Positions 1 to 12,064 of a stretch of DNA of 64,000 nt are shown here, one piece after another. The DNA comes from Haliotis rufescens (lineage: Eukaryota). The stretch covers positions 14,384,001 to 14,448,000 of the forward strand of contig NW_025963779.1 in the NCBI RefSeq assembly GCF_023055435.1, read 5' to 3'. The position numbers and the translations under genes are program-made. Within the stretch, counting starts at the first letter, position 1. Every line of letters starts with the position of its first letter. A model generated the notes under the pieces. It was not told the origin of the DNA and ran no database searches. It was given only the letters and a program-made list of their open reading frames with translations.

Positions 1-73
1 ATGTTAGGAATCGAACCCGGGTCTTCGGCGTGACGAGCGAACGCTTTAACCACTTGGCTACCCGACCGCCCCC
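1..73 (-). mobile_element. 5' head of a tRNA-derived SINE (family D), cut by the window edge
   Basis: The reverse complement GGGGCGGTCGGGTAGCCAAGTGGTTAAAGCG...GGGTTCGATTCC has A and B boxes and is nearly identical to the copies at 36302 and 50522. Confidence 0.8.
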
Positions 74-74
74 T

Positions 75-247
75 GGGATAGATGGGATTGAACGACACCA
101 ACAACCTCAGGACCAGAACCAGCCGGCAACGCCAACTCAGTAGGGTCAATGTTTGGTTGAGAATTGGAACAACATCTTCCAGGCTGTTTTCAATCAGCTG
201 GTGTCTTCGTCTGTGTCAACGCAAATGGTGGTCACACCCGATATAGA
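75..247 (+). mobile_element. Degenerate Tc1-type transposase C-terminal fragment
   Basis: Frameshifted translation gives PATPTQ..CLVENWNNI..CVNANGGHTRY, the typical Tc1 C-terminus (W..I...GGHTRY). Confidence 0.7.
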
Positions 248-342
248 CTATTGTTAATTGAGTTAACTTATTACACCACCCTTATAGGTCGGGTTTTTGT
301 TTCATGTTACCAGGAATGGGTTTTGTCAATGAATTTGTTACG

Positions 343-457
343 AGGTGAGGTGAAATGGGGTTTAACATCGCGATCCAGATTATTGAACTTGTATAGCGAC
401 GTGCACGAACCCCGGACCTTCCCCACTCCTGGCGGACGCTCTACCACAGGACGACGG
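343..457 (-). mobile_element. Internally deleted SINE, family C (Meta-domain type)
   Basis: (GAGGT)n tail plus GGGGTTTAACATCGCG, joined to a head fragment GGCGGACGCTCTACCAC; matches the full copy at 57726-58087. Confidence 0.65.
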
Positions 458-533
458 TAGACATTGATCAAACATATGACAACATATTGTGTCGTTATTT
501 TCAATAACATATCATTTACACAGCTTTATAAGA

Positions 534-914
534 TTTGTTTGTTTCGTTGTTGTTTAACACCGCACTCAGCAATATTCCAGCAATAACAATAATCGAGTCT
601 GAACCGGACAATCCAGTGATTGATATCCTGAGCATCATCATTGGGATACAATGACATGCATTAACTAAGTCAGCGAGCGTCACCGCCCGATCCCGTTTGT
701 CTCCTTTTACGGCGAGCATAGTCTCCTTTTACGGCGAGCATAGTCTCCTTTTACGGCGAGCATAGTCGCCTTTTACGGCGAGCATAGTCTCCTTTTACGG
801 CGAGCATAGTCTCCTTTTAAGGCGAGCATAGTCTCCTTTTACGGCGAGCATAGTCTCCTTTTACGGCAAGCGTGAGTTGCTGAAGACCTATTCTGCCCCG
901 AATCTTCACGGGTC
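534..914 (-). mobile_element. SINE-like retroelement family A (non-tRNA head GACCCGTGAAG), full length
   Basis: (GTTT)n tail and CAGCAATATTCCAG core; 5' end ...CTTCACGGGTC at 914; TSD CA(G/A)CTTTATA at 521-530 and 915-924. Confidence 0.85.
699..872. repeat. 22-bp tandem repeat (about 8 copies) inside the family A SINE
   Basis: Unit GTCTCCTTTTACGGCGAGCATA starts at 699, 721, 743 ... 853. Confidence 0.95.
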
Positions 915-1199
915 CAACTTTATATGAAGCATGATTACTATTTTCCCGTTAGTGTGTATTATAAAAAACAACATTAGTCATTGTACTCACAAAGCGTCTG
1001 TTGTATCTCCCGGTTACTTCCCGGCGTCTGTTTAACTGAAGTCACAACTGGCCTGCCTTCCTTGTTTGTGATGATTACAAGGAAATGCAACTAGGAGTTT
1101 CACTATGGATTATTTTTAGTCGCTGTTTCGATTCTGATGGTTCAGAAAGGACGAATGAAAAGGTTTTAAATGGATAATTGTTGATAACGAACATTAATA

Positions 1200-1417
1200 G
1201 CCAAGTTCGCGGTCTAAGCATTACGGCGCACGGGTGATGGTTCGAATTTAAGTCCGCCCTGATTGTATTTCCTTTTCTGTTTCAGCACCATATCCGTGCT
1301 CGTGGGTTCGTCTGTACGTGACCAACGTCAATGATCTGCACTACTCCCTGACAAGTCGTAATGTCGTAATGAAACTGAAAAAGTGTCCAAAGCGGCGTTA
1401 GACCCAGCTCAGTCACT
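1200..1417 (+). mobile_element. Old, degenerate SINE related to family B
   Basis: Contains GGTTCGAAT (B box), TCAGCACCATATCCGTGCTCGTGGGTT and a tail AAAGCGGCGTTAGACCCAGCTCAGTCACTC. Confidence 0.55.
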
Positions 1418-1492
1418 CTTAGTAATGCCTTTTAAACGCTGTTAAATACATTCGGCTTTTGACCCATTGTTTTCATATTCCTTGCGTTTAAA

Positions 1493-1760
1493 ATCGCCTC
1501 CGTGGTCTGGTGGACAGAGTGCCTGTACGGAGAGCGAACGGTCAGTGGTTTGACCACCGACCACCTCGTCATACCAAAAGATGTTAGAAACCGGTGCTTG
1601 TTGTTACCGTGTCTATCACTCAAAATTGAACAAGTCGATAAAGTATGAGTGGGATATCTATTCGGCATGTTTTGCAGTATTATACCGGCAGTAGTCCGGG
1701 CTAGTACAAGCATGCCCGCGTACACACACGCGGAACGAGAGACCCATCCACCTCACCTCA
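1493..1760 (+). mobile_element. Degenerate SINE, family C
   Basis: CGCCTCCGTGGTCTGGTGG head, GTCATACCAAAAGATGTTAGAAA body, CACCTCACCTC tail. Confidence 0.6.
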
Positions 1761-1794
1761 CCTCCTTGACTGTATATTTAATTGTTGTCACAGA

Positions 1795-1797
1795 CCC

Positions 1798-1828
<31 letters not shown>

Positions 1829-1935
1829 AAAAAAAAAAAATATAAATAAAAAAAAAAAAGAAATAAAAAAAGAAGAAGAAAATATAAAAGAACAGCAAAG
1901 CAAAAGAAAATCAATAAAAAATATAAAGCAAAACA
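1795..1935. repeat. poly(C)/poly(A) low-complexity tract
   Basis: A run of about 24 C followed by A-rich runs. Confidence 0.9.
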
Positions 1936-2330
1936 AACTCTACTACCCTACCTAAAAAAAACCACACTTCACAAACCACCACCAATAACAGCTCTTACAA
2001 CAACAAAGTAATGCTTTAGATGGGCCTCAATCAATATCATTGTCATTTCATCATTTTTTAACTCAGATATTACAGATTTTGCTATTACAAAGAACCAGTA
2101 GTCTTCTGGGTGGTAGGTTTAATGATATCTTAGTAGAAAAAATGTAAATCAATATATATATATCCCAAATGTAATTTCTGAAACCAAATCAGGATGGATA
2201 ATCCACACACAGAAGGACGAAAGACATATTCAACTGGCTTAACATGAATATGGTAATCTGGATATGCCGTATCAGTTAAACATCGCCAGAAAACCAAGAT
2301 GGTTGAAATTTCTGTAAATAGTTGTACTCA

Positions 2331-2587
2331 TCAGTGAGTGAGATGGGTTTAACGCCGCTTTTAACAGTATTCCAGTATATCACGGCGTGTCAGCACAATG
2401 TGGGAGGAAAGCCCGACGTGATGCAGGTCTCAGACGTGTACCACTTCGAGCACGGGTTTGGTGCTGACAAAGCTAGAAACAAAATCGGGGCGAACCGGGA
2501 TTCGAACCCACAATCATAGGTTTCTGGCGTGCCCAAGGGACACAGCGAATCGCGGCGCCTTAGACGACTGGGCCATCCATGCCCCCC
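2331..2587 (-). mobile_element. tRNA-derived SINE family B (V-domain-like body), full length
   Basis: Perfect 14-bp TSD AATAGTTGTACTCA (2317-2330, 2588-2601); A box TGGCCCAGTCGTCTAAGG, B box GGTTCGAATCCC; (ACTC)n tail. Confidence 0.9.
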
Positions 2588-3470
2588 AATAGTTGTACTC
2601 AAATAAACGGAATTGACTATTTTTTATTGAAATGTTCTCGTATAAGCCACTTTGTCTTGGCCCGGGGTATTCCTCCTAATAAATTGAAGATATAATACAC
2701 TAATAAAGGTGTACAGATGCTTCGTCGCACATGCAAACATATACCTAGAAGTATTCTCCTGAATTTGAGATGAGATGAAACTCACCTATGACATGTTTGT
2801 TTTATTTAAAAATTATCCTATGATTTTCAGAATTGTGTTCTTGTTCTAACATACAAACTGTAAGTTAAAGCTTGTTGAAACACTCAACATGTCACAAATA
2901 ACTAAATAGAAAAAAATATGATAACTGTTTATAGAATAGATACATAATAAATACATATTATCAATCAATACAACTTTCTATTTTTTATTCAAGTTTAGCA
3001 CTAGTACGATAGTTACATTGTGTCAGAAGTGAGTAGGTTGTATTTAGCGTCAGTCAGGACGAAGCGTACTTTATACGTTAGAAATGGCATGCATACATGC
3101 GATAAGGTTCGTTTAATTATTTTCTCGTAGAACTTCAGTATGTGTATTATTTAAATGTATCTATATATCTGTGGTCAGCTTGATATCGAAGTGCATTTAT
3201 AGCCAAGGTTCACGCAGGTCTTAGACTTTTAGCCTTTTTGTGACACCCACAAGCATGAGTAAGGTGCCAACAAACCAAGAATCATAAACGGTGATTCCCT
3301 GATTCTAGAACGCCTGCGCAGTGAATTGTGTCGCTTTCGCCGGTTGGACAGCACCAAGCATTTACGTCAGGTAGTCTTACTAATTATAACATCTAAAACA
3401 TACGAGTATTCAGACATAATCCCAGCTTTTGTGTGTGGTTAATAAGAAGGAATATCAGCGTTCAGTGTTC

Positions 3471-3978
3471 GATGTTCGTCAAAACGTATCACTCGTGTTC
3501 CTGTAAATGTGTTCGATTACCTTTTAGTGTTCATCGAAACGTGTCACTCGTGTTCCTGTACATGTATTCGATGACCTTTTAGTGTTCATCGAAACGTGTC
3601 ACTCGTGTTCCTGTACATGTATTCGATGACCTTTTAGTGTTCGTCAAAACGTGTCACTCGTGTTCCTGTACATGTATTCGATGACCTTTTAGTGTTCGTC
3701 AAAACGTGTCACTCGTGTTCCTGTACATGTATTCGATGACCTTTTAGTGTTCGTCAAAACGTGTCACTCGTGTTCCTGTACATGTGTTCGATGACCTTTT
3801 AGTGTTCGTCAAAACGTGTCACTCGTGTTCCTGTACATGTAATCGATGACCTTTTGGTGTTCGTCAAAACGTGTCACTCGTGTTCCTGTAAATGTAATCG
3901 ATGACCTTTTGGTGTTCGTCAAAACGTGTCACTCGTGTTCCTGTAAATGAGTTCGACGACCTTTTAGTGTTCGTCAAT
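3471..3978. repeat. 55-bp minisatellite, about 9 copies
   Basis: Unit AGTGTTCGTCAAAACGTGTCACTCGTGTTCCTGTACATGTATTCGATGACCTTTT; period 55 (3691, 3746, 3801). Confidence 0.95.
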
Positions 3979-4560
3979 ACTCGCCCCTCGTGTTCATGTG
4001 CATGTGTCATATTATACATGTCACTTGGTACCTGTACGCCGTTGGGGAAACGTTCCTGTTGTGTCTGTGTCGTTGTCTGTACGGTAGAGGCGCCAGTCAG
4101 CACACACATTGCGGTGGCAGCGAAATGGACCGTGACAAAACTACTTTTATTAAGTAAGTTCAGAATTGGTTTGTCAGTTGGTAGATGATGAATACATATC
4201 GTAAATCTGGAAAGTTTGGCGCTCTGAAATTATAGCGTGTGCGTAACAATAGTCTTAACTGCGTCTGGAATGTTTTGCGACACCATGTCGATGGGATTAT
4301 TTATTTTTTATGAGTAGAAAGCAGCGTGTTGAAAAGGTAGCTCAGTATCTATCATTGATTTGTTTTAGTTATATGAATGTGTTGTAGTTGACAAGGAAGG
4401 GAGTAGTGTGTTCATATAACAGTAGGTTATAAGGCAGGCGTATGTCTGCACTACTCAGTGTTCTGAAGGAAACTGACGAGATGTGGCAGGTTGTTGAACT
4501 TTCCTGATTAGACTATTGACACTGAGTGATATCAGGGATTATTTATTTAGTCATGTTCCG

Positions 4561-4857
4561 GATTGTTTGACAATGTGTGGAATACTGAAAGAGAAAGCTC
4601 GCGATTTTGGTGGCAAAAGGGACATTTCTGACTTTGCACATTATCGTGGGTGGCTCACTCGATTTAAATCCAGACATAGTGTATAATGTAGGAATTAGTG
4701 TATATCATGTATCTGTTTGCTCTGTCATCTGTCATGAGTTGCATAATTGAAGGGAAGTAACTCTTCCAGTAAGAAGCTGGTTTCAGTTATACGGAAATTC
4801 GTTTATACGGACGAATTGTGAAATGACGCAAGTGTCCGTATTAACGAGGCACGACTG
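4561..4857 (+). mobile_element. pogo/Tigger-type DNA transposon relic (CENP-B-type HTH fragment and right TIR)
   Basis: 4561-4683 translates GILKEKARDFGGKRDISDFAHYRGWLTRFKSRHSV (HTH CENPB motif GWLxRFKxRH). The end GTCCGTATTAACGAGGCACGACTG is followed by TA. No left TIR found. Confidence 0.8.
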
Positions 4858-6104
4858 TATACGAAATATGCTTCCTTGCATTGTTTGTTTCTTGTTGGTC
4901 TGCACAAATAACAGCGTCATGATCGTGAAACTATTGCGAGTGTGTATCGCTCACAGTTGTCGCAGTACTTTCCAGGTTTGCAATATACTACTGGTGTATA
5001 GGTGTATCAATATCTGCCAGTTGTTAATTGTTGTAATCCATCACTCCTACTAGGAGGCGCTTGATTGTGAACAGATATATCAAATTCAGCCAGAGATTAG
5101 CCATGCAAATACAAGGCTAATCTATTAGACATGCATGATGAATGTGAAGGAGCATGAGTACAAGGTGCAGCTAAAGGAGAATGCGAATATGTCGGTTGTT
5201 GGCGGTCGAGACACCATTGGCATTTCAGGGGCTCATGCATGGTGTATTGAATGGACGTGCTGGTTCGTCTTCACATCTGAGAGAGCGTCGACTACCTTTG
5301 TTTCAAGATATTACGTTCTGGAGTACAGACAGGTGATGCAAGTTGGAGAGCTTTCAGTATCCAACTCATCGTACATGGGAACAGTAACGATCTTTTCTCG
5401 GACTTTGCAGTGTTTGCAAACGTTCACGCCTTGTTTGTCGGACATGGCAATTTCGTTGAGTCATCTGCATCTTTATTAACTCATCCAAATGTTGATGACA
5501 GAGCACTAGCATTCGTTTATACAAATCGTTTGTTTGAGTGGGACGGGTCTAGCTGATGTTGGATGTCCGGCAAATTTTGCTTCACAATGAGAAGGTGTAC
5601 TCGACTATCAACAGAAAAGCTTTACAAATTTCTATGGTCAGTGTGAAAATTCCGTGCGTTCTTGTGTGGGAAATGATTTGTGAAAAGAACCGATTGTGTA
5701 TCGGTTAGACCACGACAGGATCCGACGTTTAATCATTAAAATGGTCACTCAAACTGCGATGCGGGGATCTGAGTGGTATAATTCTTTAACCGATGGCTAA
5801 CAATCATTCAAAGAGCCCTATCACCTAACATGTTTAAAACACATTTTCAAACCATCTAAATGTGCATGTAGGAGTGTAGATGTTGCTAAATGTGACTTTG
5901 TCAAAGGGAAGATAACATTTCTTGTGATGGCATATTTCACATGAAGTGGAGTTACCTGTGTTTATTATACAAGGATTCATTCAGTTGAGACAGCTTACCA
6001 TAGGGTCACAGAGGATATCCATACATTGGCCCACTTTGGACTTAATAGAACATTGGCGATGAGAAGGCGATCCAACAATGTTTGAAAGATGTAAGGTCAC
6101 ATAC

Positions 6105-8176
6105 CGCACATCATCTACACCAAGGAAACAGTGCATGTTGTCCACATGTTGTTCCAAAGAGTGATGTGAGAACAACGCGCACATCATCTACACCAAGGAA
6201 ACAGTGCATGTTGTCCACATGTTGTTCCAAAGAGTGATGTGAGAACAACACGTACATCATCTACACCAAGGAAACAGTGCATGTTGTCCACATGTTGTTC
6301 CAAAGAGTGATGTGAGAACAACACGTACATCATCTACACCAAGCAAACAGTGCATGTTGACCACGTGCTGTTCCAAAGAGTGATGTGAGAACAACACGTA
6401 CATCAACTACACCAAGGAAACAGTGCATGTTGTCCACGTGTTGTTCCAAAGAGTGATGTGAGAACAACGCGCACATCAACTACACCAAGGAAACAGTGCA
6501 TGTTGTCCACATGTTGTTCCAAAGAGTGATGTGAGAACAACACGTACATCATCTACACCAAGGAAACAGTGCATGTTGTCCACGTGTTGTTCCAAAGAGT
6601 GATGTGAGAACAACGCGCATATCATCTACACCAAGGAAACAGTGCATCTTGTCCACATGTTGTTCCAAAGAGTGATGTGAGAACAACGCGCATTTCATCT
6701 ACACCAAGGAAACAGTGCATGTTGTCCACGTGTTGTTCCAAAGAGTGATGTGAGAACAACACGTACATCATCTACACCAAGGAAACAGTGCATGTTGTCC
6801 ACATGTTGTTCCAAAGAGTGATGTGAGAACAACGCGCATATCATCTACACCCAGGAAACAGTGCATGTTGTCCACATGTTGCTCCAAAGAGTGATGTGAG
6901 AACAACACGTACATCATCTACACCAAGGAAACAGTGCATGTTGTCCACATGTTGTTCCAAAGAGTGATGTGAGAACAACACGTACATCATCTACACCAAG
7001 GAAACAGTGCATGTTGTCCAAATGTTGTTCCAAAGAGTGATGTGAGAACAACGCGCATATCATCTACACCCAGGAAACAGTGCATGTTGTCCACGTGTTG
7101 CTCCAAAGAGTGATGTGAGAACAACGCGCACATCATCTACACCAAGCAAACAGTGCATGTTGTCCACGTGTTGTTCCAAAGAGTGATGTGAGAACAACGC
7201 GCACATCATCTACACCAAGCAAACAGTGCATGTTGTCCACATGTTGTTCCAAAGAGTGATGTGAGAACAACACGTACATCATCTACACCAAGGAAACAGT
7301 GCATGTTGTCCACATGTTGTTCCAAAGAGTGATGTGAGAACAACGCGCACATCATCTACACCAAGCAAACAGTGCATGTTGTCCACGTGTTGTTCCAAAG
7401 AGTGATGTGAGAACAACACGTACATCATCTACACCAAGCAAACAGTGCATGTTGTCCACATGTTGTTCCAAAGAGTGATGTGAGAACAACACGTACATCA
7501 TCTACACCAAGCAAACAGTGCATGTTGACCACGTGCTGTTCCAAAGAGTGATGTGAGAACAACACGTACATCAACTACACCAAGGAAACAGTGCATGTTG
7601 TCCACGTGTTGTTCCAAAGAGTGATGTGAGAACAACGCGCACATCAACTACACCAAGGAAACAGTGCATGTTGTCCACATGTTGTTCCAAAGAGTGATGT
7701 GAGAACAACACGTACATCAACTACACCAAGGAAACAGTGCATGTTGTCCACGTGTTGTTCCAAAGAGTGATGTGAGAACAACACGCACATCATCTACACC
7801 AAGGAAACAGTGCATGTTGTCCACGTGTTGTTCCAAAGAGTGATGTGAGAACAACACGCACATCATCTACACCAAGGAAACAGTGCATGTTGTCCACGTG
7901 TTGTTCCAAAGAGTGATGTGAGAACAACACGTACACCATCTACACCAAGCAAACAGTGCACGTTGTCCACATGTTGTTCCAAAGAGTGATGTGAGAACAA
8001 CGCGCATATCATCTACACCCAGGAAACAGTGCATGTTGTCCACATGTTGTTCCAAAGAGTGATGTGAGAACAACGCGCACATCAACTACACCAAGGAAAC
8101 AGTGCATGTTGTCCACATGTTGTTCCAAAGAGTGATGTGAGAACAACACGTACATCAACTACACCAAGGAAACAGT
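6105..8176. repeat. 73-bp satellite, about 28 copies
   Basis: Unit CATCATCTACACCAAGGAAACAGTGCATGTTGTCCACATGTTGTTCCAAAGAGTGATGTGAGAACAACGCGCA; 6109 to 8153 = 28 x 73. Confidence 0.97.
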
Positions 8177-9241
8177 GGAGTGTGACTTTGTCCTCTACGT
8201 ACACGTGTACTGCTGCTGGTGAGGAGTACATTTACACATTCAAGAATTACCTTTCCCCTTTTTAGCAGTGATTTCGTATGATTATGGAAAGTGTTAAAAA
8301 TTCTTTCATTTACTAAGTTTGTTTCCTTTATTAATATTCACTCAGCTACTACTACATCTGCACAGGTAGACTAAGGCTTAGTCTCTGAAAATATATCATT
8401 TTCCAAGAAACAAACAACTTCTTTTTAGGAAGATTATTTATGGATGTCAACTTCTTTTTTATGAGGAACACAACTTTTCGAAGTATAAACTTACTCCTTC
8501 ATCAAATGAATACATGCTATGAGGCAGAGAGCAAATATGTACATGTAAGAACAACAAAAGTAATGAGATAAGAAAGGTGGAAGAAGGGAAGCCAACAGTT
8601 AATTGGCACTGACATTTAAGTTGAATTAAAATTAAAAATGAGCCCCCAAAGAACCTGTCGAAAATCTAGACTGTTCATGTAGTCCTATTGCCTTAAAGTG
8701 AAGGCTTGGCGGAAGGTAAATGATATGATCCAGGGACGGTGAGCTAAACAACTGCAAATCGTACATTTTGTTAGTTTTGATTACCTATACATGGTTGCAC
8801 ACGGACAATGGCCCAGTTTTCACATACGAGTTTACATGTATCAATCTGTTCAGGGACTGCCTTCTAGTTGGCAACATGTTTGACCAATATATGTTAAAAT
8901 CTCCATTTAGCACGAGGAAGAAATAAATCCTGTTGAATAACAACCTTGATGTGTTGTATGTACTGGGACCAGTCTCGGAGCTATCTACAGCTGATCTGCA
9001 TGCATATAGGCAACCTACTTCCTTGGTTGGTAAGTATTTAAAATGAATGTGATTTGATTTTGGAAATGTGTACGTCTAGTATTTTGTTGTCAGTGTTATT
9101 TGCAAGTATAGTATTTAGTATATTTCTAGTAAACTGTCTTTATGTGTGCACTTTTTTTCATGAAATAAATTTATCGTTCGGATACAAAATCAATAGAACA
9201 TGTTTATAATCATAATAAAATGTTTCAATTACGGATGAAGA

Positions 9242-9423
9242 GGTAAGATGAGCTGAAATGGGGTTTATCGTCGCGCTCAGGATTATTGACACTTATATGG
9301 CGACGTGCATGCATGTGTGTGTATACCATCTTTTAAACGTCTTTTCGGTATGACGCGGTCGGGGATCGAACCCTGGACCTTCCGCTTTTGGCAGACATTC
9401 TAGCACTGACCGTGGAGGCGGTC
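9242..9423 (-). mobile_element. Internally deleted SINE, family C
   Basis: Tail GGGGTTTATCGTCGCG, body TTTTCGGTATGACGCGG and B box GGGGATCGAACC, as in 57726-58087. Confidence 0.7.
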
Positions 9424-9582
9424 CGTATAATGAGCAAATTAATGTTCCAAGTAAGCCAAATGGCGTCATATATCGATTTCTTAATATTCATAAACTATTT
9501 CTTGTTGATGTTTATAATAACTATTATGGTTTATAAAAAAAAATCAACCTCATACAACCTCGTTGATATAATGCTGTGAACC

Positions 9583-9693
9583 GATACCAGATGTGGTATA
9601 TCTGGTCGTCCTAATGGTTCTGGGTATTTTCGGAAATATTTTTGTGCTGATCGTGTACCTCAGGAAATTCTACGTGGTGTCCTCGGCATTCAC
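9583..9693 (+). pseudogene. Relic fragment of the type-A GPCR gene (TM1 fused to part of TM3)
   Basis: IPDVVYLVVLMVLGIFGNIFVLIVYLRKF matches 12384-12471 and is joined directly to (Y)VVSSAFT, which matches 12628-12649. Confidence 0.9.
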
Positions 9694-10884
9694 AGATGTT
9701 TCGGCGCATAATCAATTGTTCACTGTCTTTGACGTTTTATCTTTACGTGAACTGCGTGGATGTTTCGGGCGATGGAGCTTCATCATAAGCTCCGAAGTAT
9801 TTTCCAATTATGCTAAGTAAACTGCGTAAAAATTCAAACTCCTCAACTCCCCACCACCACCCCCTACTGTGTTGCAAAGCGAACATATTTCTTAAACGTA
9901 AAACCTGTGCTTATAAACAGCAGAATCACTGCACTTGTACGCATCAGACGTAATTCACAATTAACATAATTATTTTTAGTTTCTACAAAACAAGTGTCAC
10001 TGGATTTTCGGGTCCATCGATCACTTGACTCTCTAGTTTGACTACAGGCTGCCGTCGCATTAGCAGGGATACTGCTGTGAGGTGTCAAGCAACAACAACT
10101 TACCCTTTATGCACATTGTGTGAACTCTGCAGGTATCCGAGGTCTGGGTTAATGATACATGTCTTTTTTCTGATTTTCAGTTATCCATTCATATCAAACC
10201 ATGTTCATCACTATTTTGCGTTTTACGTCCAACTAAACTACTTCGGCAGATATTCGAAACTGATTATTTTCATGTACGTGAACATCTCTTTAGCATGCAC
10301 TATTTTGCTTCAATGTTGCATGTTTATCTTTGTGTTATACACGCGTGCGATTACCAACCTAAAACTCCGGGACATTATCAAACATACAAATCAATCAAAG
10401 TAACCAAAGCTAAATTTTACATATAGATGTTTTAATCGTATATGTAGGGACACAGCATGACCTGTCATTGATTCTTTTGAGCGTTTAACTTGCCTCGTGC
10501 GCAGCCAAGCGGTGAAGTAAGAATATGAATAGCATCTAATATATTTCAGAATAATCTGATAATAATACTCAGGGCTACCACGACATGCATGAGTGGGTCT
10601 TTTTATTGATACTTAATACTTCCTCCAGGAAAAATGATTAAATGTAATCTGACCAACTATTGTATCAGCATGTGTATGTGCGTAACAAAACTCTCGTAAT
10701 ATATGGAAAGTTATTTTCCGGCATGATTCGGACGTTGGTAAAACCACACGGTTGCAAATTATCTAATAAAGGAATTATATATCTTAACTTTGTATTGTAA
10801 TAAAGCGTATAACAGTAATCTACCAAGACTCACCAGTAATAGTGTGAGTCGTGTTAATGTGAGCCATTTAACACTAACTCACAT

Positions 10885-10970
10885 GTTTGTTGTTTTACGT
10901 CGCACTCAGCAATATTCCAGCTATATGACGGCGGTCTGTAAATAATCGAGTCTGGACCAGACAATCCAGT
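10885..10970 (-). mobile_element. 5'-truncated family A SINE (paralogous copies at 23734-23844 and about 30677-30787)
   Basis: TTGTTTTACGTCGCACTCAGCAATATTCCAGCTATATGACGGCGGTCTGTAAATAATCGAGTCTGGACCAGACAATCCAGTG. Confidence 0.85.
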
Positions 10971-11830
10971 GTCCTGCAAAGTAAAGCCAGACCCTGAAAT
11001 CCAATACGCTCCCTCGTATTAACAGTTTTGAGCTCCAGGTATCTGCATAGTAAAATATACTCAAACTAAACATATACAGAAAGAAAAGAAGCGGAATGAT
11101 GCAACATTCATGAAAACAAAATTCTTCTTTCTTATTTTATTTATTTAATTTTTGGAACTATTATATAAAGTAAAGTTTTAAACCGTAGCGGGTTGAAAAG
11201 GTCTTGTCAAAGACAACGTTTTCGATTGATTTACCTTGTGGGATAAAGTTATTTATCATATATATAATCGGTAGGTTTCTCGGCAGGATAAAGCCAACGG
11301 ATACAAACGATATCCGTTGGGGTCATATGCGGATACAGATGCAAATATCAAAGGTCAAGTAGGGACTACTTTCACTGTTTATAAACGAACATGGCGTCGC
11401 CCTCATCATTCGGCGATCGAGTCAGAATTAACCATCGGATATCTGGATAAACTACAGGGATAATTACTATCATTATCAAAAGAACAGTCTAATATACTGA
11501 AAATCAGTGTCTAACCATGACGTAGCTAAGGCATTTTATAAGTTTTGGCAACTTTGGAGATATAAATTTCGAAACAATTTTGCGAGGGCACGAGGTTTAG
11601 CCAAGCGGGATCAGTAGCCATATTTTGTGCTTGTAGACCTCTGCGGCTTGTAACCTTCTCCACAAATTAAAATAGTTGGATTCACATATGCGCTAATTTA
11701 TGTATTCCTTATTGTACATTTTCCTTCCTTAGAAAAGGGTGAAAAGAGGAAGAAATAATTAAGAGTTTTATATATTGCGTGTCATGTTGTTTCCCCGAGG
11801 ATATTACTTGTGCTTCACATGTTTTTGGTA

Positions 11831-12064
11831 GTTTGTTGTTTAACACCGCACTCGGTAATAATCCAGCTATATGACGGCAGTCTTAAAACAATCGAGTCTG
11901 GACCACGTAGTCCAGTGATGAGCATCATGAGCATCGATCTACGTAGTTGGGATACGATGACATGCACAGCCAAGTCAGCGAGCCTGACCACCAGAACCCG
12001 TTAGTCGCCTTTTACGGCAAGCATATGTTGCTGAAGACCTTTTCTAACCCGGATCTTCACAGGG
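11831..12064 (-). mobile_element. Family A SINE in the 5'-UTR intron of GPCR A1 (paralogous copies at about 17434-17660, 24590-24845, 31876-32155, 39812-40040)
   Basis: Same tail, core and ...GGATCTTCAC(A)GGG 5' end as the other family A copies; TTCACAT-like flanking repeat. Confidence 0.85.

Noticed and set aside
5135-5760. 114-aa ORF and coding-like composition
   Set aside because: Stops occur in all extended frames and I recognise no motif; possibly an old transposon, but unsupported.
6105-8176. CRISPR-like array (also 3471-3978, 51076-51558, 53324-55159)
   Set aside because: Units are contiguous with no unique spacers, there are no cas genes, and the context is eukaryotic.
8500-9030. 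Possible Myb/SANT-like transposon relic
   Set aside because: Only vague resemblance across several frameshifts.
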